Assembly (NCBI GenBank): GCA_910579265.1
Contig: CAJTTE010000004.1
Span: 30,449 to 94,448, forward strand
Length of the DNA: 64,000 nt
Direction of reading: 5' to 3'
DNA from: an uncultured Ruminiclostridium sp.
GTDB lineage: Bacteria; Bacillota; Clostridia; Oscillospirales; Ruminococcaceae
Translations under genes and position numbers: made by a program
Shown: positions 35,743 through 48,471 of the stretch, in pieces
Layout: each line of letters begins with the position of its first letter
Position numbering within the stretch: position 1 is the stretch's first letter
The notes under the pieces: model-generated
Told to the model about the DNA's origin: nothing
What the model saw: the letters and a program-made list of their open reading frames with translations, nothing else
Databases searched by the model: none

Positions 35743-37902
35743 TCAGCGCCTCTTATGCTTTGAAATCCGCTTTACTTTTGCAAGAGTTTTGTTACTTTTT
35801 TCCTCACGAGCCGAAGCGGCTTCTTCCTCAGCGTTTTTATATGCCAAGCCGTAAAAATAAAGCTGGGAATCAAGCGGTTCTTCATTTTGTTTGACCGATT
35901 TTTTTACATATGTTCCGTCTGGCTGCTGAACCCTTGCTTTAACATTATCTTTAAGCATAATATTGAATATAGCCGTAAGTTTTTCCTGAATTTCAGGGGA
36001 TTTTATAGGTGCAGCAACTTCGACGCGCCTTTCGGTATTCCTTGTCATAAAATCAGCCGAGCTTATATATACCCTTCGGCGTGTGTCATTCCCGAAAATA
36101 TATATACGGCTGTGTTCAAGGAATCTTCCTACTATAGACGTAACGGTTATGTTTTCCGTATATCCCGGTATTCCCGCCACCAGACAGCAAATTCCGCGTA
36201 TTATAAGCTGTACTCTGACCCCGCGTCTGCTTGCCTCCACAAGCTTCTGAATAATATCTATATCAGTTAAGGAATTCATTTTTATACCGATATAGCCGTC
36301 TTTTCCGTATGTTATCTCCCGGTCTATCATTTCTACGACCCGGGATTTTAAGCAGTTGGGCGCTACCCATAATGTAGAGCTGCTTTCGACGGCCACACCT
36401 ACGGAAAGATTGTTGAATATAAGCGATGCGTCGGTACCGAATTCCTTGTCCGAGGTTATAAGAGTAAGATCGGTGTAAAGCTTTGAGGTGCGTTCGTTAT
36501 AGTTTCCCGTTCCCACCTGTGTAATATACCTTATGTTATTTCCTATTCTTCTGGTTATAAGAAGAAGCTTGGAGTGTACCTTTAATGAATCAAGACCGTA
36601 TATTACGGTAACTCCGGCGTCAGCCAGGCGCTTTGCCCAGCCTATATTGTTTTCTTCATCAAATCTTGCCCTTAGCTCTACCAGCGCCAGAACGTCTTTT
36701 CCGTTTTCCGCGGCGCGTATGAGCGCGTTCACTATCTTACTGTCTCTTGCCACACGATAAAGCGTTATCTTGATCGAAACGACCGACGGATCCACCGTAG
36801 CTTCGTCAAGAAGCCTTATAAATGAATTAAACGTTTCATAAGGATAAAACAGAAGCATATCTCCTTTATCCGCCTGTTTTATCATTGATTCATGCTTATT
36901 TACCGTTTTAGGCTGCTGCGGAGTCAGATGCCGGAAAAAAAGCTCCGGTTTTCCTGACAATTTATCGCGTATGGATCCTACAAAATCAAAGTCCAGAGGA
37001 CAGCTTTGTACAAATATAAAATCACTGCATGTTTCAAGGCCGAGCTTTTTGGCGAGTAATTCCTTGTCGATCGTAGAATTTCTCGCAAATAGTTCAACAC
37101 GTATCGGTGAAAGCTTTTTGCGTTTTTTTATAAGCTCCTCCATTACGTCACGGAAATCCACATCATGATCATAAAGAGCTTCGTCTACGTCAATATCCGC
37201 ATTTCTTGTAATTCGAAAAATATTTCCATCAATCAGATCAAAATTAGGGAACGCTTTGGCTGCATAATAAATTATAAGATCCTCAGTCAAAATAAAGCGA
37301 AGCTTATCGCTTTCGGATGGAAGAAAGATAATTCTGCCGAACACATCCGAGACTGTCAGGGGAATTATACCCAATACGCTGTGTTTTGCGCCGCTTTTGT
37401 CTTTAAGGGCAACACCGGCGTACAGCTCCTTATTTTTAAGAAACGGCAGGGGATGGGTTTTGTCTACCACCGTTGGAGAAAGAAGCGGAAGTATCTCTTT
37501 TGTAAAATATTGTTCCAGCCATTGTACAAGCTCGCTGTCTTTTATTTTGTCGGGATATATCTGTTCAACACCGTATGATTTCAATCCTTTTATTATATCC
37601 TTATATGCCTTTTCCTTTCGCGGAAGAAGCTCGGCGGTGCGTTTGGCTATCTTGGTAAGCTGCTGAGCCGGAGTAAGCCCTGTCTTGTTATCCTTTTTAG
37701 CATCCTTTACAAGCGTCTGGTCGTGCAGGGTCCCGGCTCTTACCATGAAAAATTCATCAAGATTGCTGCAAAAGATAGAGACAAAGTTGAGCCGCTCCAT
37801 TAACGGTATTGATTCGTCCTCCGCTTCTTCGAGGACTCTTTCGTTAAATTTTAGCCAGGATAATTCCCGGTTATCAAAATAATTGTTAAAAATTTCTTTC
37901 AT
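35743..37902 (-). CDS. ppk1: Polyphosphate kinase 1
   Basis: NRELSWLKFNERVL, NLDEFFMVR, ITLYR, ARFDEENN, KVHSK, GRFLEHSR, SADFMTRN. Confidence 0.96.
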   Translation of the reverse strand: MKEIFNNYFDNRELSWLKFNERVLEEAEDESIPLMERLNFVSIFCSNLDEFFMVRAGTLHDQTLVKDAKKDNKTGLTPAQQLTKIAKRTAELLPRKEKAYKDIIKGLKSYGVEQIYPDKIKDSELVQWLEQYFTKEILPLLSPTVVDKTHPLPFLKNKELYAGVALKDKSGAKHSVLGIIPLTVSDVFGRIIFLPSESDKLRFILTEDLIIYYAAKAFPNFDLIDGNIFRITRNADIDVDEALYDHDVDFRDVMEELIKKRKKLSPIRVELFARNSTIDKELLAKKLGLETCSDFIFVQSCPLDFDFVGSIRDKLSGKPELFFRHLTPQQPKTVNKHESMIKQADKGDMLLFYPYETFNSFIRLLDEATVDPSVVSIKITLYRVARDSKIVNALIRAAENGKDVLALVELRARFDEENNIGWAKRLADAGVTVIYGLDSLKVHSKLLLITRRIGNNIRYITQVGTGNYNERTSKLYTDLTLITSDKEFGTDASLIFNNLSVGVAVESSSTLWVAPNCLKSRVVEMIDREITYGKDGYIGIKMNSLTDIDIIQKLVEASRRGVRVQLIIRGICCLVAGIPGYTENITVTSIVGRFLEHSRIYIFGNDTRRRVYISSADFMTRNTERRVEVAAPIKSPEIQEKLTAIFNIMLKDNVKARVQQPDGTYVKKSVKQNEEPLDSQLYFYGLAYKNAEEEAASAREEKSNKTLAKVKRISKHKRR

Positions 37903-38160
37903 ATTTGTTCCGATTCCTTTCAAGGAGCTTATGTATTTTTCTGAAACAGGATTAGCCGGTCCGGATATGTAAAAAAGACGCAATTTGCGTATTATTGTAA
38001 ATAATTCGTGTGCTTTCGGATAAAAAATCCGTCAATTTCGCATCCTTTTGTTGTCTTTATTAAAATCTGGTTTATAATTTTATTTGCCGATACAGCCATT
38101 ATGCAAAAAATTTTTATGGCGGGTTTTTATAAGAAGATCGTTTTCTTTCTGAGGTTTTAT

Positions 38161-38340
38161 TTAAGGCAATACCGCGCAATGACCGCCTGACGGCTTTGCG
38201 TGCGGCTTGCTTGCATATATTCCGTCAGCTTACACAAATCCTCCTTGAAATACGTCAGTATTCCTGCGTCGAATTTATGCAAGCTGACGAAATATCTGAC
38301 TGCGCAATTCATACGCAATCATTGTGCGGTGTTGCCTTAA
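38161..38340. repeat. Family 2 element, copy b
   Basis: TTAAGGCAATACCGCGCAATGA...TCATTGTGCGGTGTTGCCTTAA; apex CCTTGAAATAC-GTCA-GTATTCCTGCG. Confidence 0.9.
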
Positions 38341-38572
38341 AATAATGATACTGATTAAGTTTTGAAGGTGTAAACCGTTTTTGGTTTACAGAAGTGCTTA
38401 TGCGTGGGTTTTATTTTGCGGCGCCTGTTTTGGTGTTCATAACGGGAGAACTGTGCGCTTTTTTCATACCCGCGATGCTTAAAGACGTTACTGAAAATCG
38501 TTTGTCAAAATATTTAAAACGGCGTTTTGTTTTTTTGATCCGCTCTCAATGAAAAGAATGAATTAAATAAAA

Positions 38573-39157
38573 TTATAATTTTTCAATAAAATGATTGTCG
38601 GATTCGTTCCAATACTTTTTATAAACAAAAGCAGCATTTCCATCAAAATTTAACTGATACATTCTGAATATAACCGGGAAATTTTTAGGCTGCCATTGTT
38701 CCTCATACGAATAGCGGTATGTCATACCTACTTTTTCCATAACACTGCCGCTTCTTGGATTGTTTATGTCATGCGTTGCCGTAATATATAGCAGTTTGTC
38801 TTTTTTTACCTGTTCCACAACCGCTTTTGCCGCCTCGGTGACAATACCTCTGTGCCAAAATTTCTTACGAAGTCCATAACCCAAATCATGGTGTTCTTCC
38901 ATATCAACTTTGATATAACCTATGGGAAAATTATCTTCCTTCAAGCAGATAGCATATGCATATCTTTGTGGCTGTGTATATTTTGAAGCATATTTTTCTT
39001 CATAGAATTTCTTTGCTTCTTCCATGCTTTTTGCAGGATACCAAGGTAAAAATTTATTAACTTCTTCATCTTTCAGAATAAGAAAAAGCGCTTCCATGTC
39101 TTTTTCCGCGAATTTTCTTAAAATCAAGCGTTCTGTTTTTAATTCAGGTGTATTCAT
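38573..39157 (-). CDS. RimJ/RimL-type GNAT acetyltransferase
   Basis: LKTERLILRKF, LGYGLRKKFWHRGIVTEA, NPRSGSVMEKVGM. Confidence 0.88.
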   Translation of the reverse strand: MNTPELKTERLILRKFAEKDMEALFLILKDEEVNKFLPWYPAKSMEEAKKFYEEKYASKYTQPQRYAYAICLKEDNFPIGYIKVDMEEHHDLGYGLRKKFWHRGIVTEAAKAVVEQVKKDKLLYITATHDINNPRSGSVMEKVGMTYRYSYEEQWQPKNFPVIFRMYQLNFDGNAAFVYKKYWNESDNHFIEKL

Positions 39158-39286
39158 GTTATCTTACCATCATAGAATTTATTTCAAGCTCTTATAGCAC
39201 ATTCAATCGATTATTTTAAATCTCTTTTCGCAAAGCCTTTTGCAAGCGCTTTCTTAAAATAGACGCGAACCGGAGGGGATTTCTTT

Positions 39287-39709
39287 TGTGTAAACCGATT
39301 TTGGTTTACATTAGTGCGGGGGATGCAGGGTATCGTTTGCAGGATTTGTTTTGGAGGTTTGCAGCAGGTAAATCGGGGCATGGAGGGTAATTTTGTATGT
39401 GTAAACCGATTCTGGTTTACATTAGTGAGGAGGGATGCAGGTTGTTGTTTGCAGGATTTGTTTTGGGGTTTGCAGCGGGTAAATCGGGGCACGGAGGGTA
39501 ATTTTGTATGTGTAAACCGATTTTGGTTTACATTAGTGAGGGGTATGCGAGTTATTGTTTGCAGGATTTGTTTTAGAGGTTTGCAGCGGGTGAATCGGGG
39601 CACGGAGGGTAATTTTGTATGTGTAAACCGATTTTGGTTTACATTAGTGAGGGGTATGCGAGTTATTGTTTGCAGGATTTGTTTTGGGTTTTGCAGCGGG
39701 TGAATCGGG
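39287..39709. repeat. Tandem array of about four 111-bp units, each with a TGTAAACC-N6-GGTTTACA palindrome
   Basis: Unit starts at 39287, 39398, 39509, 39620; a degenerate unit starts at 38369. Confidence 0.92.
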
Positions 39710-40022
39710 CGTAATGATAATTGTATATATAAGCCGTTTTTGGTTGATATTTTTTAAGGATCATTCGATCAAACCGGTAATTGTCCTGAAGCTTATCCGG
39801 GACGAAGTAAGCACATTTTCTTTTTGAAAGTTATTATTGACTTTATTGAGGCCTTTTGCATGTCATGGTATGAATGGGATTTTTTAAAGGATCGATTGTG
39901 GTTATTTGGATATATACAAAGGCTCCGATTCTTTTATTTGATATTTGTCGGATCTGTTATTTTTCGGGGAGCATACCGGTTTATTCGGTAAAGGCGGCTT
40001 TTTTTCGGAAAAAACCGTATGA

Positions 40023-40056
40023 AAAACAAGCGGCGGAGACCGTCCGCCGCTTGTTT

Positions 40057-40058
<2 letters not shown>
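40023..40058 (-). terminator. pyrG terminator
   Basis: AAAAACAAGCGGCGGA..TCCGCCGCTTGTTTTT. Confidence 0.75.
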
Positions 40059-41730
<1,672 letters not shown>

Positions 41731-41784
41731 CTATAAAAAGCGTTTTTTTTCAAGAGTCTGGAGACATTTTGAGAAATTAATTTT

Positions 41785-41970
41785 GGGGTCGTCTGAAAAG
41801 CCGCAAATCCCGGAATTTCAACCAGCTGCGGAGGCTTTCCGCGTCAATGAATGCCGATAGTTATTTCACAAAGGGATAAGTATGAAATAACGTCGTATTT
41901 CTCCGCTTTTTCCTTAAAATCGCCACGCTTTGGCGTGATCGTACAAATTTGCTTTGTTTTCAGATAGGAC
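41785..41970 (-). repeat. Family 1 element, copy f (long subtype)
   Basis: GTCTGAAAAGCCGCAAAT...GAAATAACGTCGTATTTCTCCGCT...TTGCTTTGTTTTCAGATA. Confidence 0.85.
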
Positions 41971-42171
41971 ATTGTCTTTGTCGGCTGCAAAAAAATTGTT
42001 TCATAAAATTTTCATATTTTCTTAACCCGACTTATATTTTTTTCGTTATACTGTGATCAGGGACAGCATGAGTTTCCGAAACATGCGCGCTTACCGCCGA
42101 TTACAGTTTTTTGGGATCAAGGGGTTGCGGAAATTCTCCTATATCCAAAAGAGATTTGTTTAAGAGCCTGT

Positions 42172-42333
42172 TTATTGTTCCCCCAATTAACTCTTGAATT
42201 ATTCTGCTTGCCCGGCTGCCTAAATACTTCATCGGAAGCCCTTGAAATATGCGCATATTCCTGCGGCCTTCTTCCTTGTCTTTCGACAGCCCTTCGGCGC
42301 ACAAATTCTTCAAGAGTTACTTGGCGAAGCAAT
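42172..42333. repeat. Family 3 element, copy b
   Basis: Near-identical to 31515-31678; apex CTTGAAATAT-GCGC-ATATTCCTGCG. Confidence 0.9.
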
Positions 42334-42665
42334 GTATCTCTCAGCATGCGTCTTGCCTGCACCTTTTACGCAATGTGCATACTTCAGGATTCCAAACAGG
42401 ATCAAAATCGATCAGTATTCGGAAAAATTGCTCCATATTCTGAAAAATTTCTCCGTTTTTTTATTTTTGTATCACTCCAAATGCTTACCTATGTTTTTTT
42501 AGGTCAGAGACGGTCAATAATATAAATACTGCCCCAGGCGCTTTTGACGTTCTGAGGCATCGGAATCGGATGGGGGGAAGCCGTTCGCATATGTACCGGG
42601 TGCTCCCGCTTTGTTGTATGTAAGCGGCGTAACTTTTTCAAGACATTTTAAGGAAAGGATTTTTT

Positions 42666-43292
42666 ATGAAAAAAATAGCAGTATTGATATTGGTTTGCAG
42701 CCTTTTGACAAGTCTCGCCGGATGTTCTTCCGGAAATGAAGACAAGCCGGAGGGTACCCCGGATAACGGTACGTCCTCCGCAACGGCGGCGCCGGCAGAA
42801 TCGGATAATGAAAGCGGAGAAGAAACCAATGCTCCCGAGGAAGGGGAGGAAAGCAGCGTAAAGAAAATAGCTCAGGCTATAAAGGACGCATACGGTGAAA
42901 ATTATCTTCCTGACATGGAGGTTCCAAAGGAGCTGGTGGACACCACATTCGGACTGGAGAAGGACAGCTATACGGATGTTTTCGCCGAAACTCCCATGAT
43001 AAGCGCTCATCCCGATACTCTTATAGTCGTTAAGGCAGTAAACGGAAAAACGGGAGACGTAAAGGCAAAGCTTGAAAAATACCGTGATTATCTGGTTAAC
43101 GAAAGTCTTCAGTATCCCGGAAATATAGCCAAGGTAAATGCTTCTCAGGTCGTCGCCAACGGGGATTATGCCGCTTTTATTCTTTTAGGCGCAATCAATG
43201 AGAACGAGGATGCCAGCGAGGAGGAGCAGAAGAAATTCGCCGAGGAGCAGACCAAGATAGGTGTTGACGCGTTTAAGGCATATTTTGATTGA
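42666..43292 (+). CDS. Lipoprotein, DUF4358-like
   Basis: Lipobox LAGC; PMISAHPDTLIVVKA, QYP..KVNASQV...GDY. Confidence 0.75.
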   Translation: MKKIAVLILVCSLLTSLAGCSSGNEDKPEGTPDNGTSSATAAPAESDNESGEETNAPEEGEESSVKKIAQAIKDAYGENYLPDMEVPKELVDTTFGLEKDSYTDVFAETPMISAHPDTLIVVKAVNGKTGDVKAKLEKYRDYLVNESLQYPGNIAKVNASQVVANGDYAAFILLGAINENEDASEEEQKKFAEEQTKIGVDAFKAYFD

Positions 43293-43425
43293 CAGGAGCG
43301 TTTGCCGAAAAGAATATTATCCCACACCGTGCGGCCGAGTTTTTTTCCGCCGTATTTCGTATCGGTGTAGGAAAAAAATAAAATCACCTGACCGGAAGAT
43401 CAGGTGATTATTATATTGTCGGTCT

Positions 43426-44310
43426 TTATCCCTTGACAGCTCCGAGGGCAACGCCCTGAACTATATGCTTGGATACGCATATATATACTATTACTACAGG
43501 CAAAATCGCAATCAGCATTGTCATATAAATTCTGCCCAAAGCGGTAGCGTTTCCGGAAGCAATATTTCCTCTCAGCGTGTTTATCATGATAGGAAGCGTT
43601 CTGAGGTCGGCCTTATCCAAGATGAGCATAGGAGTGAAGTAGTTATTCCAGGAAGCGGTAAACGCGAAGATCAGTTGAACCGCCATAGCCGGTTTCATCA
43701 TGGGAAGGGCAATGATATTGAAGGTTTTAAACTCGTTGGAGCCGTCAACACGGGCAGCCTCGATAACCTCCAGGGGCAGCGTGCTCTCCATATACTGCTT
43801 CATATAGAAGAATGTGGCGGGAGCCGCGATCGCGGGGATAATAAGAGGCCAATAGGTGTTGTTGAGATTTATTTGTCTTACCAAAGCGACAAAACCAACG
43901 GCAGCGACCTGAGTAGGTATGGTCATAATAAGAAGTATAAATTTAAAGGCAACATTTTTCCCTTTAAAGTCATAAACATGGATACCGTAAGCCGTCATAG
44001 CCGAGAAATAAACAGAGAGAACACTGGATACCGCGGCAACAAACAAGCTGTTTAACAAGCCTCTCCACAATACCATGTTGGGATCCGACCAGGCGGCCGT
44101 AAAGTTATCAACGATAGCTCCGCCCGGAATGAGAGTAAAGCCTCCGGCGATCTCGTTACCGGTTCTGGTGGAGTTTATAATCAGTATGTAGAGAGGGAAC
44201 AAAGCTAAAAATGATACGAAAATCAAAAAAACATAGGATAAAATTCGGGAAATAAGAGCTCTTTGTTTAGAGCTTTTGTTTTCACCGGTAGTAATATATG
44301 TTGTTGACAT
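43426..44310 (-). CDS. Carbohydrate ABC transporter permease (MalG-like)
   Basis: EAARVDGS loop, SWNNY, TM helices. Confidence 0.92.
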   Translation of the reverse strand: MSTTYITTGENKSSKQRALISRILSYVFLIFVSFLALFPLYILIINSTRTGNEIAGGFTLIPGGAIVDNFTAAWSDPNMVLWRGLLNSLFVAAVSSVLSVYFSAMTAYGIHVYDFKGKNVAFKFILLIMTIPTQVAAVGFVALVRQINLNNTYWPLIIPAIAAPATFFYMKQYMESTLPLEVIEAARVDGSNEFKTFNIIALPMMKPAMAVQLIFAFTASWNNYFTPMLILDKADLRTLPIMINTLRGNIASGNATALGRIYMTMLIAILPVVIVYICVSKHIVQGVALGAVKG

Positions 44311-44311
44311 A

Positions 44312-45298
44312 TCAGCTTACCCCCCTTACGGCTTTTTTCGCCTTTTTAGGCTTGTCAGGCTTACTTGCCATTGTTTTGTAAACAATTATACTGAATATGC
44401 CGGTGATAATAAACGTTATAACGGAAATTGCGCCGGCTCTTCCGTAGTTCTTATTATTTCCCAGGAAGTCGTTCAGGAACATAATAAGAGTTTTTGTAGT
44501 ATTGTCCGGATCACCGTTGGTCAGTACCTGCGGCACATCGAACATCTGAAGTCCGCCGATAAGTGATGTGATTGCAACATAAACCATGATGGGCATAAGA
44601 AGGGGAATGGTGATTTTTCTGAAAACCTGGAAGGATGTAGCTCCGTCGATGGAAGCCGCTTCAAACAGGCTTTGATCGATACCCATAATACCCGCCATAA
44701 GAAGTATGGTGGTATTTCCGAACCACATAAGGAAGTTTATAAGAGCTACAAGCCCGCGGGCGGTCCAAACATTGGAAAAGAACTGAATGCCCTTTCCGTC
44801 GAGCAGTTCCTCTCTTGAATAAAAAATCTGATTAATGGGACCATTGGGTGAGAATAGCGTGAAGAACAGCATAGCAAACGCAGCAGCCATTATTATATTG
44901 GGGAGATAAATAACCGACTTGAAAAATCTCTGTCCCTTAATTCTGAGCCTTGCGCTTGTAAATATAACTGCAAGCAAAAGGGAGAATACAAGCTGAGGTA
45001 TTGCGCCCATAAGCCACATTATTACTGTATTCCAAAGGTAATCCAAAATTCTGATGTGTCCTGCGTCATTTGGCGTAAACAGCCAAATATAGTTTTTGAA
45101 AACGTCCGTTTCGCCGCCTGTTTGAGCAAGAGCGGGACCGATGATCTGACCGTCCTGAACGCGGTAATCCATAAAGCTGTATACAAAGGTTGAAATAAGA
45201 GGGTAAAGCGAACAAACTATGTATACTATAAAGAAGGGAGCAATAAATATCAATCCCCACTTAGCATAACTGACAGATTTATGCTTTTTATTCATCAC
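44312..45298 (-). CDS. Carbohydrate ABC transporter permease (MalF-like)
   Basis: LFEAASIDGA, ITIPLL, LQMFD. Confidence 0.92.
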   Translation of the reverse strand: MMNKKHKSVSYAKWGLIFIAPFFIVYIVCSLYPLISTFVYSFMDYRVQDGQIIGPALAQTGGETDVFKNYIWLFTPNDAGHIRILDYLWNTVIMWLMGAIPQLVFSLLLAVIFTSARLRIKGQRFFKSVIYLPNIIMAAAFAMLFFTLFSPNGPINQIFYSREELLDGKGIQFFSNVWTARGLVALINFLMWFGNTTILLMAGIMGIDQSLFEAASIDGATSFQVFRKITIPLLMPIMVYVAITSLIGGLQMFDVPQVLTNGDPDNTTKTLIMFLNDFLGNNKNYGRAGAISVITFIITGIFSIIVYKTMASKPDKPKKAKKAVRGVS

Positions 45299-45410
45299 AC
45301 TAACCTCTCTTCGAGTAGTTTTTTGCTTAAAAACCTATAAAAAGAGGTGAAGCGAGCAATTACGCCTCACCTCTTTTTAGGTTTAAGTGATTAGATATTG
45401 ACCCACAAAA

Positions 45411-46901
45411 TTAGTGAGTAATGTCGGGGTTTACAGCCTCAAGCTTGTCATAGAAGTTAGACCAAGCTTTATCAAGCGTAACACCGGGAACTCCTTCAAC
45501 GCCTGCAAGGCTCTTGAGATACTCGTTCATGCACTGAGGAAGAGTTTCGTTGAAGGTCTGGTCATAGCGGGTATGAAGAGCGCCGTCCCACTTGATTCCG
45601 TCAGCGATCTTGGACATAACAGCGATGTCGTTCTGACCGTCGAGAATTACGTTGTTGCCGTAAGAGGAGTCTTCAGCAAACTTCTTGATAACGTTCTTGT
45701 TGTTTACGAACTGAGGGTTATCCTTTTCCTTCTGTGTATCGGGATCGATGATGCCCTTACCAATAACGAGCTTTTCAAGAATGTCTTCGTTCTTGGTGAA
45801 TGCGTTCATAATATCAGCAACTATTTCGGGGTTATCTGTGCCCTTGGCAGCCATCATCCAGGTACCGCCCCAGAAATGAGCCTGAGGTCCCTGAATTACT
45901 ACCCAGTCACCCTTGCAGCCCTTTTCGGGATCGTATGCCTTGCCCATGGAGAAGTTGAAGTACCATGAAGGACCGAAGAAGCACATTGCCTTACCGTCTT
46001 TATACATATGATCGGTTTTAGCATCGTCCCAAAGCTCGGGAAGAGTATTTAAAACATAACCGTTCTTTGTGAAGTCTTCAGCCTGCTTGAGCCAGGTATT
46101 GAAAGCTTCTGTAGGAGCAAACTTGTCGTCGGTGAGGTAGCTTGTGGTAGCGTTGTTAGCAAAGGTTCTGTAGGTTTCAAGAGCGGAAGGAGTGATATAA
46201 TAGCCCTTTTCCTTAGCAGCCTTTGCTGCGTCCGCAAACTTTTCCCAAGTATCGAGCTTGCTCTGGAGCTCGTCGGGATTATCTGTTCCGAGAACATCCT
46301 TGGCGATGGACTTTCTGATGATCACGCAGGAAGGAGTAGCCTGCCAGGAAACGCCCTTGAGCTTGCCGCTCTGATCGGAGCCGGCGTTTACAACGTAGTC
46401 ATACATTGTATCGGCCTTGTCAACACCGATGGTGGAAAGGTCGATGGTGTTGTCGGAGAAGGAATACTTCTGGATGTAGTCAGCCTCTGCAAGGAACATG
46501 TCGATCTTTTCGTCAGCGGAAGCGCTTTCGTTTGCGGCAAGCTGCTCATCAAGCTTTTTCTGGTAAGCGCCTTCATCGTTCTTTGTCTGAACCCATTCGA
46601 TCTCATATCCGTCGGGGAGCTTATAGAAAGCGTCTACGAAAGACTTGAACTCGTAGTTCCAGCAAGCGATCCTGATCTTTTTGCCTTCGGAATCGGAGGG
46701 CTTAAGCTCACCGGTGCCGTAGTTGCCGGCAGGAGTGCTCTGTGCGGGGTCGCTTCCCTGAGTAGAATTTCCGGAAGTAGAAGGAGCATTTGTGCCTGTA
46801 CCCGTACCTGTGTTGTCAGTGTTGCCGGTATTCTGGTCGCAGCCTGCTACTGAAAGAAGCAAAGCGGACGCCAGAACGGCAGCAAGAATTTTTTTCTTCA
46901 T
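45411..46901 (-). CDS. Carbohydrate ABC transporter substrate-binding lipoprotein
   Basis: MKKKILAA..VAGC lipobox, T/G linker, DMFLAEADY, WGGTW; upstream of two permeases. Confidence 0.9.
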   Translation of the reverse strand: MKKKILAAVLASALLLSVAGCDQNTGNTDNTGTGTGTNAPSTSGNSTQGSDPAQSTPAGNYGTGELKPSDSEGKKIRIACWNYEFKSFVDAFYKLPDGYEIEWVQTKNDEGAYQKKLDEQLAANESASADEKIDMFLAEADYIQKYSFSDNTIDLSTIGVDKADTMYDYVVNAGSDQSGKLKGVSWQATPSCVIIRKSIAKDVLGTDNPDELQSKLDTWEKFADAAKAAKEKGYYITPSALETYRTFANNATTSYLTDDKFAPTEAFNTWLKQAEDFTKNGYVLNTLPELWDDAKTDHMYKDGKAMCFFGPSWYFNFSMGKAYDPEKGCKGDWVVIQGPQAHFWGGTWMMAAKGTDNPEIVADIMNAFTKNEDILEKLVIGKGIIDPDTQKEKDNPQFVNNKNVIKKFAEDSSYGNNVILDGQNDIAVMSKIADGIKWDGALHTRYDQTFNETLPQCMNEYLKSLAGVEGVPGVTLDKAWSNFYDKLEAVNPDITH

Positions 46902-47099
46902 TAGTTTCTTTCCTTTCAAAATGCTTTTATTTCGGAGCATAATCCCCCGAGCTAAAATTTTGGTGTGAATCCATCTGTAGGGTTTCATACCCGGTTATGA
47001 ATATGTCCCTCCGGATTTCATTTATTAATATATCACAAAAGCGTATCTTTTGCAAGGGATTTTTTCATATTTTTTACAAACGTTTGTCACATTAAAGGG

Positions 47100-47113
47100 T
47101 GATAACGTTTACA
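47100..47113. promoter_or_regulatory. cre/LacI-type operator
   Basis: TGATAACGTTTACA; similar site CGAAAACGTTTACA at 47340-47353; upstream of the sugar ABC operon. Confidence 0.6.
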
Positions 47114-47489
47114 CTTTTATTTTTTTTGCGAAGTTTTGGTGAAATTGACCACCATAAAAACCTGATAAATAAATACTTTTACTTAAAATCCTGAAATCGA
47201 TTAACAACGGGGTTCTATAGGGCTTACCTCAACTTGTTGATTCCTGATTAACTTAATTTTAATTTTTTTAGGCTCTTGAATTCACAAAAATAAACGCCTG
47301 TATTTGTTGAAAACGCCAAAAAATTTTCCACAATTCAGACGAAAACGTTTACATCTATATGTTGTGGGGATGTTGCGGATACGGTTCTATTTCGATAGAA
47401 AAAAACGGATAATACAGGATGATTTTTGTGGAGATTTGTAACCGATTTGTAATATTTGAAGCATAATGTAAAAATCTTTCGGAAAGGAC

Positions 47490-47518
47490 TTGAATTTTCA
47501 GGGGATTTTATGTATAAT
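47490..47518 (+). promoter_or_regulatory. Sigma-A promoter upstream of the pur operon
   Basis: TTGAAT-N17-TATAAT. Confidence 0.6.
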
Positions 47519-47979
47519 AGTAAGCAGATAAAGCTGAGATTTTCAAAGGAGCCGTTATGAAGTTCAAAATTGGCTTATACCGAAGAAATTACAATATGTC
47601 CGCGGAGTATATTCCCGGTAATTGTATATACAGCAGATTTTGCCGCACCAATGGCGGCTTTATAAACACATACCCGCTGATTTCCCGAGCATGAGGCTGC
47701 AAGGTAAATCGGTGGTTTCTTTTTTTGTGAAAAAAATATCACATCGGGTATCGTTACGAAATACGCAGCTCCGCCGGTCCGTGCCGAATAGAGCCTGATA
47801 CGGCGGTGGCGGCGCGTCACCGACATACCGCTCCTGCGGTAACGACCGCGGCGCGCAATTGAGGGACGGTTTTTGGTTTTTGCGCTCTATGCCTGAGATC
47901 ATGCCGCTCTGACAATAGCGATCAGGGATGGATGTGTTTTCGGATAATCCCGAAAAATATGAGAAAGGACATAAATGAA

Positions 47980-48471
47980 ATGAAAAAGGTAGCGATCATT
48001 ATGGGAAGCGACAGCGATCTGCCGGTTGTCGGAAAGGCGGCGGATATGCTTGAAGAGTACGGTATACCTTTTACCGTAAGAGTGATGTCGGCGCACCGCT
48101 GCCCTGAAAGGGTGGCGGAATTTTCCCGGAATGCCGAGAGTGACGGCTACGGGGTTATCATTGCGGCGGCGGGAATGGCTGCGCACCTGGCGGGAGCCGT
48201 TGCGGCAAATACTACCCTTCCGGTTATCGGAATCCCGATAAAATCGGGGATGGAGGGCCTTGACGCTCTTCTTTCGACGGTTCAGATGCCCTCGGGTATC
48301 CCCGTAGCGACCGTTGGGATAAACAATGCAAAAAATGCGGCGCTTCTGGCGATCCAAATACTTGCTCTTTCCGATCCGGATCTGTCCGCTACGCTTAAGC
48401 AGATGAGGGTCAAGATGCGTGAAGAGGTCGCGGCAAAGGATGAAAAGCTTCAAAAGGACATGGGAAAGTAA
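47980..48471 (+). CDS. purE: N5-CAIR mutase
   Basis: VAIIMGSDSDL, SAHR.P, AGMAAHL, VQMPSGIPVATV. Confidence 0.96.
   Translation: MKKVAIIMGSDSDLPVVGKAADMLEEYGIPFTVRVMSAHRCPERVAEFSRNAESDGYGVIIAAAGMAAHLAGAVAANTTLPVIGIPIKSGMEGLDALLSTVQMPSGIPVATVGINNAKNAALLAIQILALSDPDLSATLKQMRVKMREEVAAKDEKLQKDMGK

Noticed and set aside
39211..39703. 37-aa repeat proteins on both strands
   Set aside because: Open frames follow from the 111-bp period; no convincing RBS or protein signature.
39287..39709. CRISPR array
   Set aside because: Sequences between the palindromes are near-identical to each other rather than unique spacers, and no cas genes are present.
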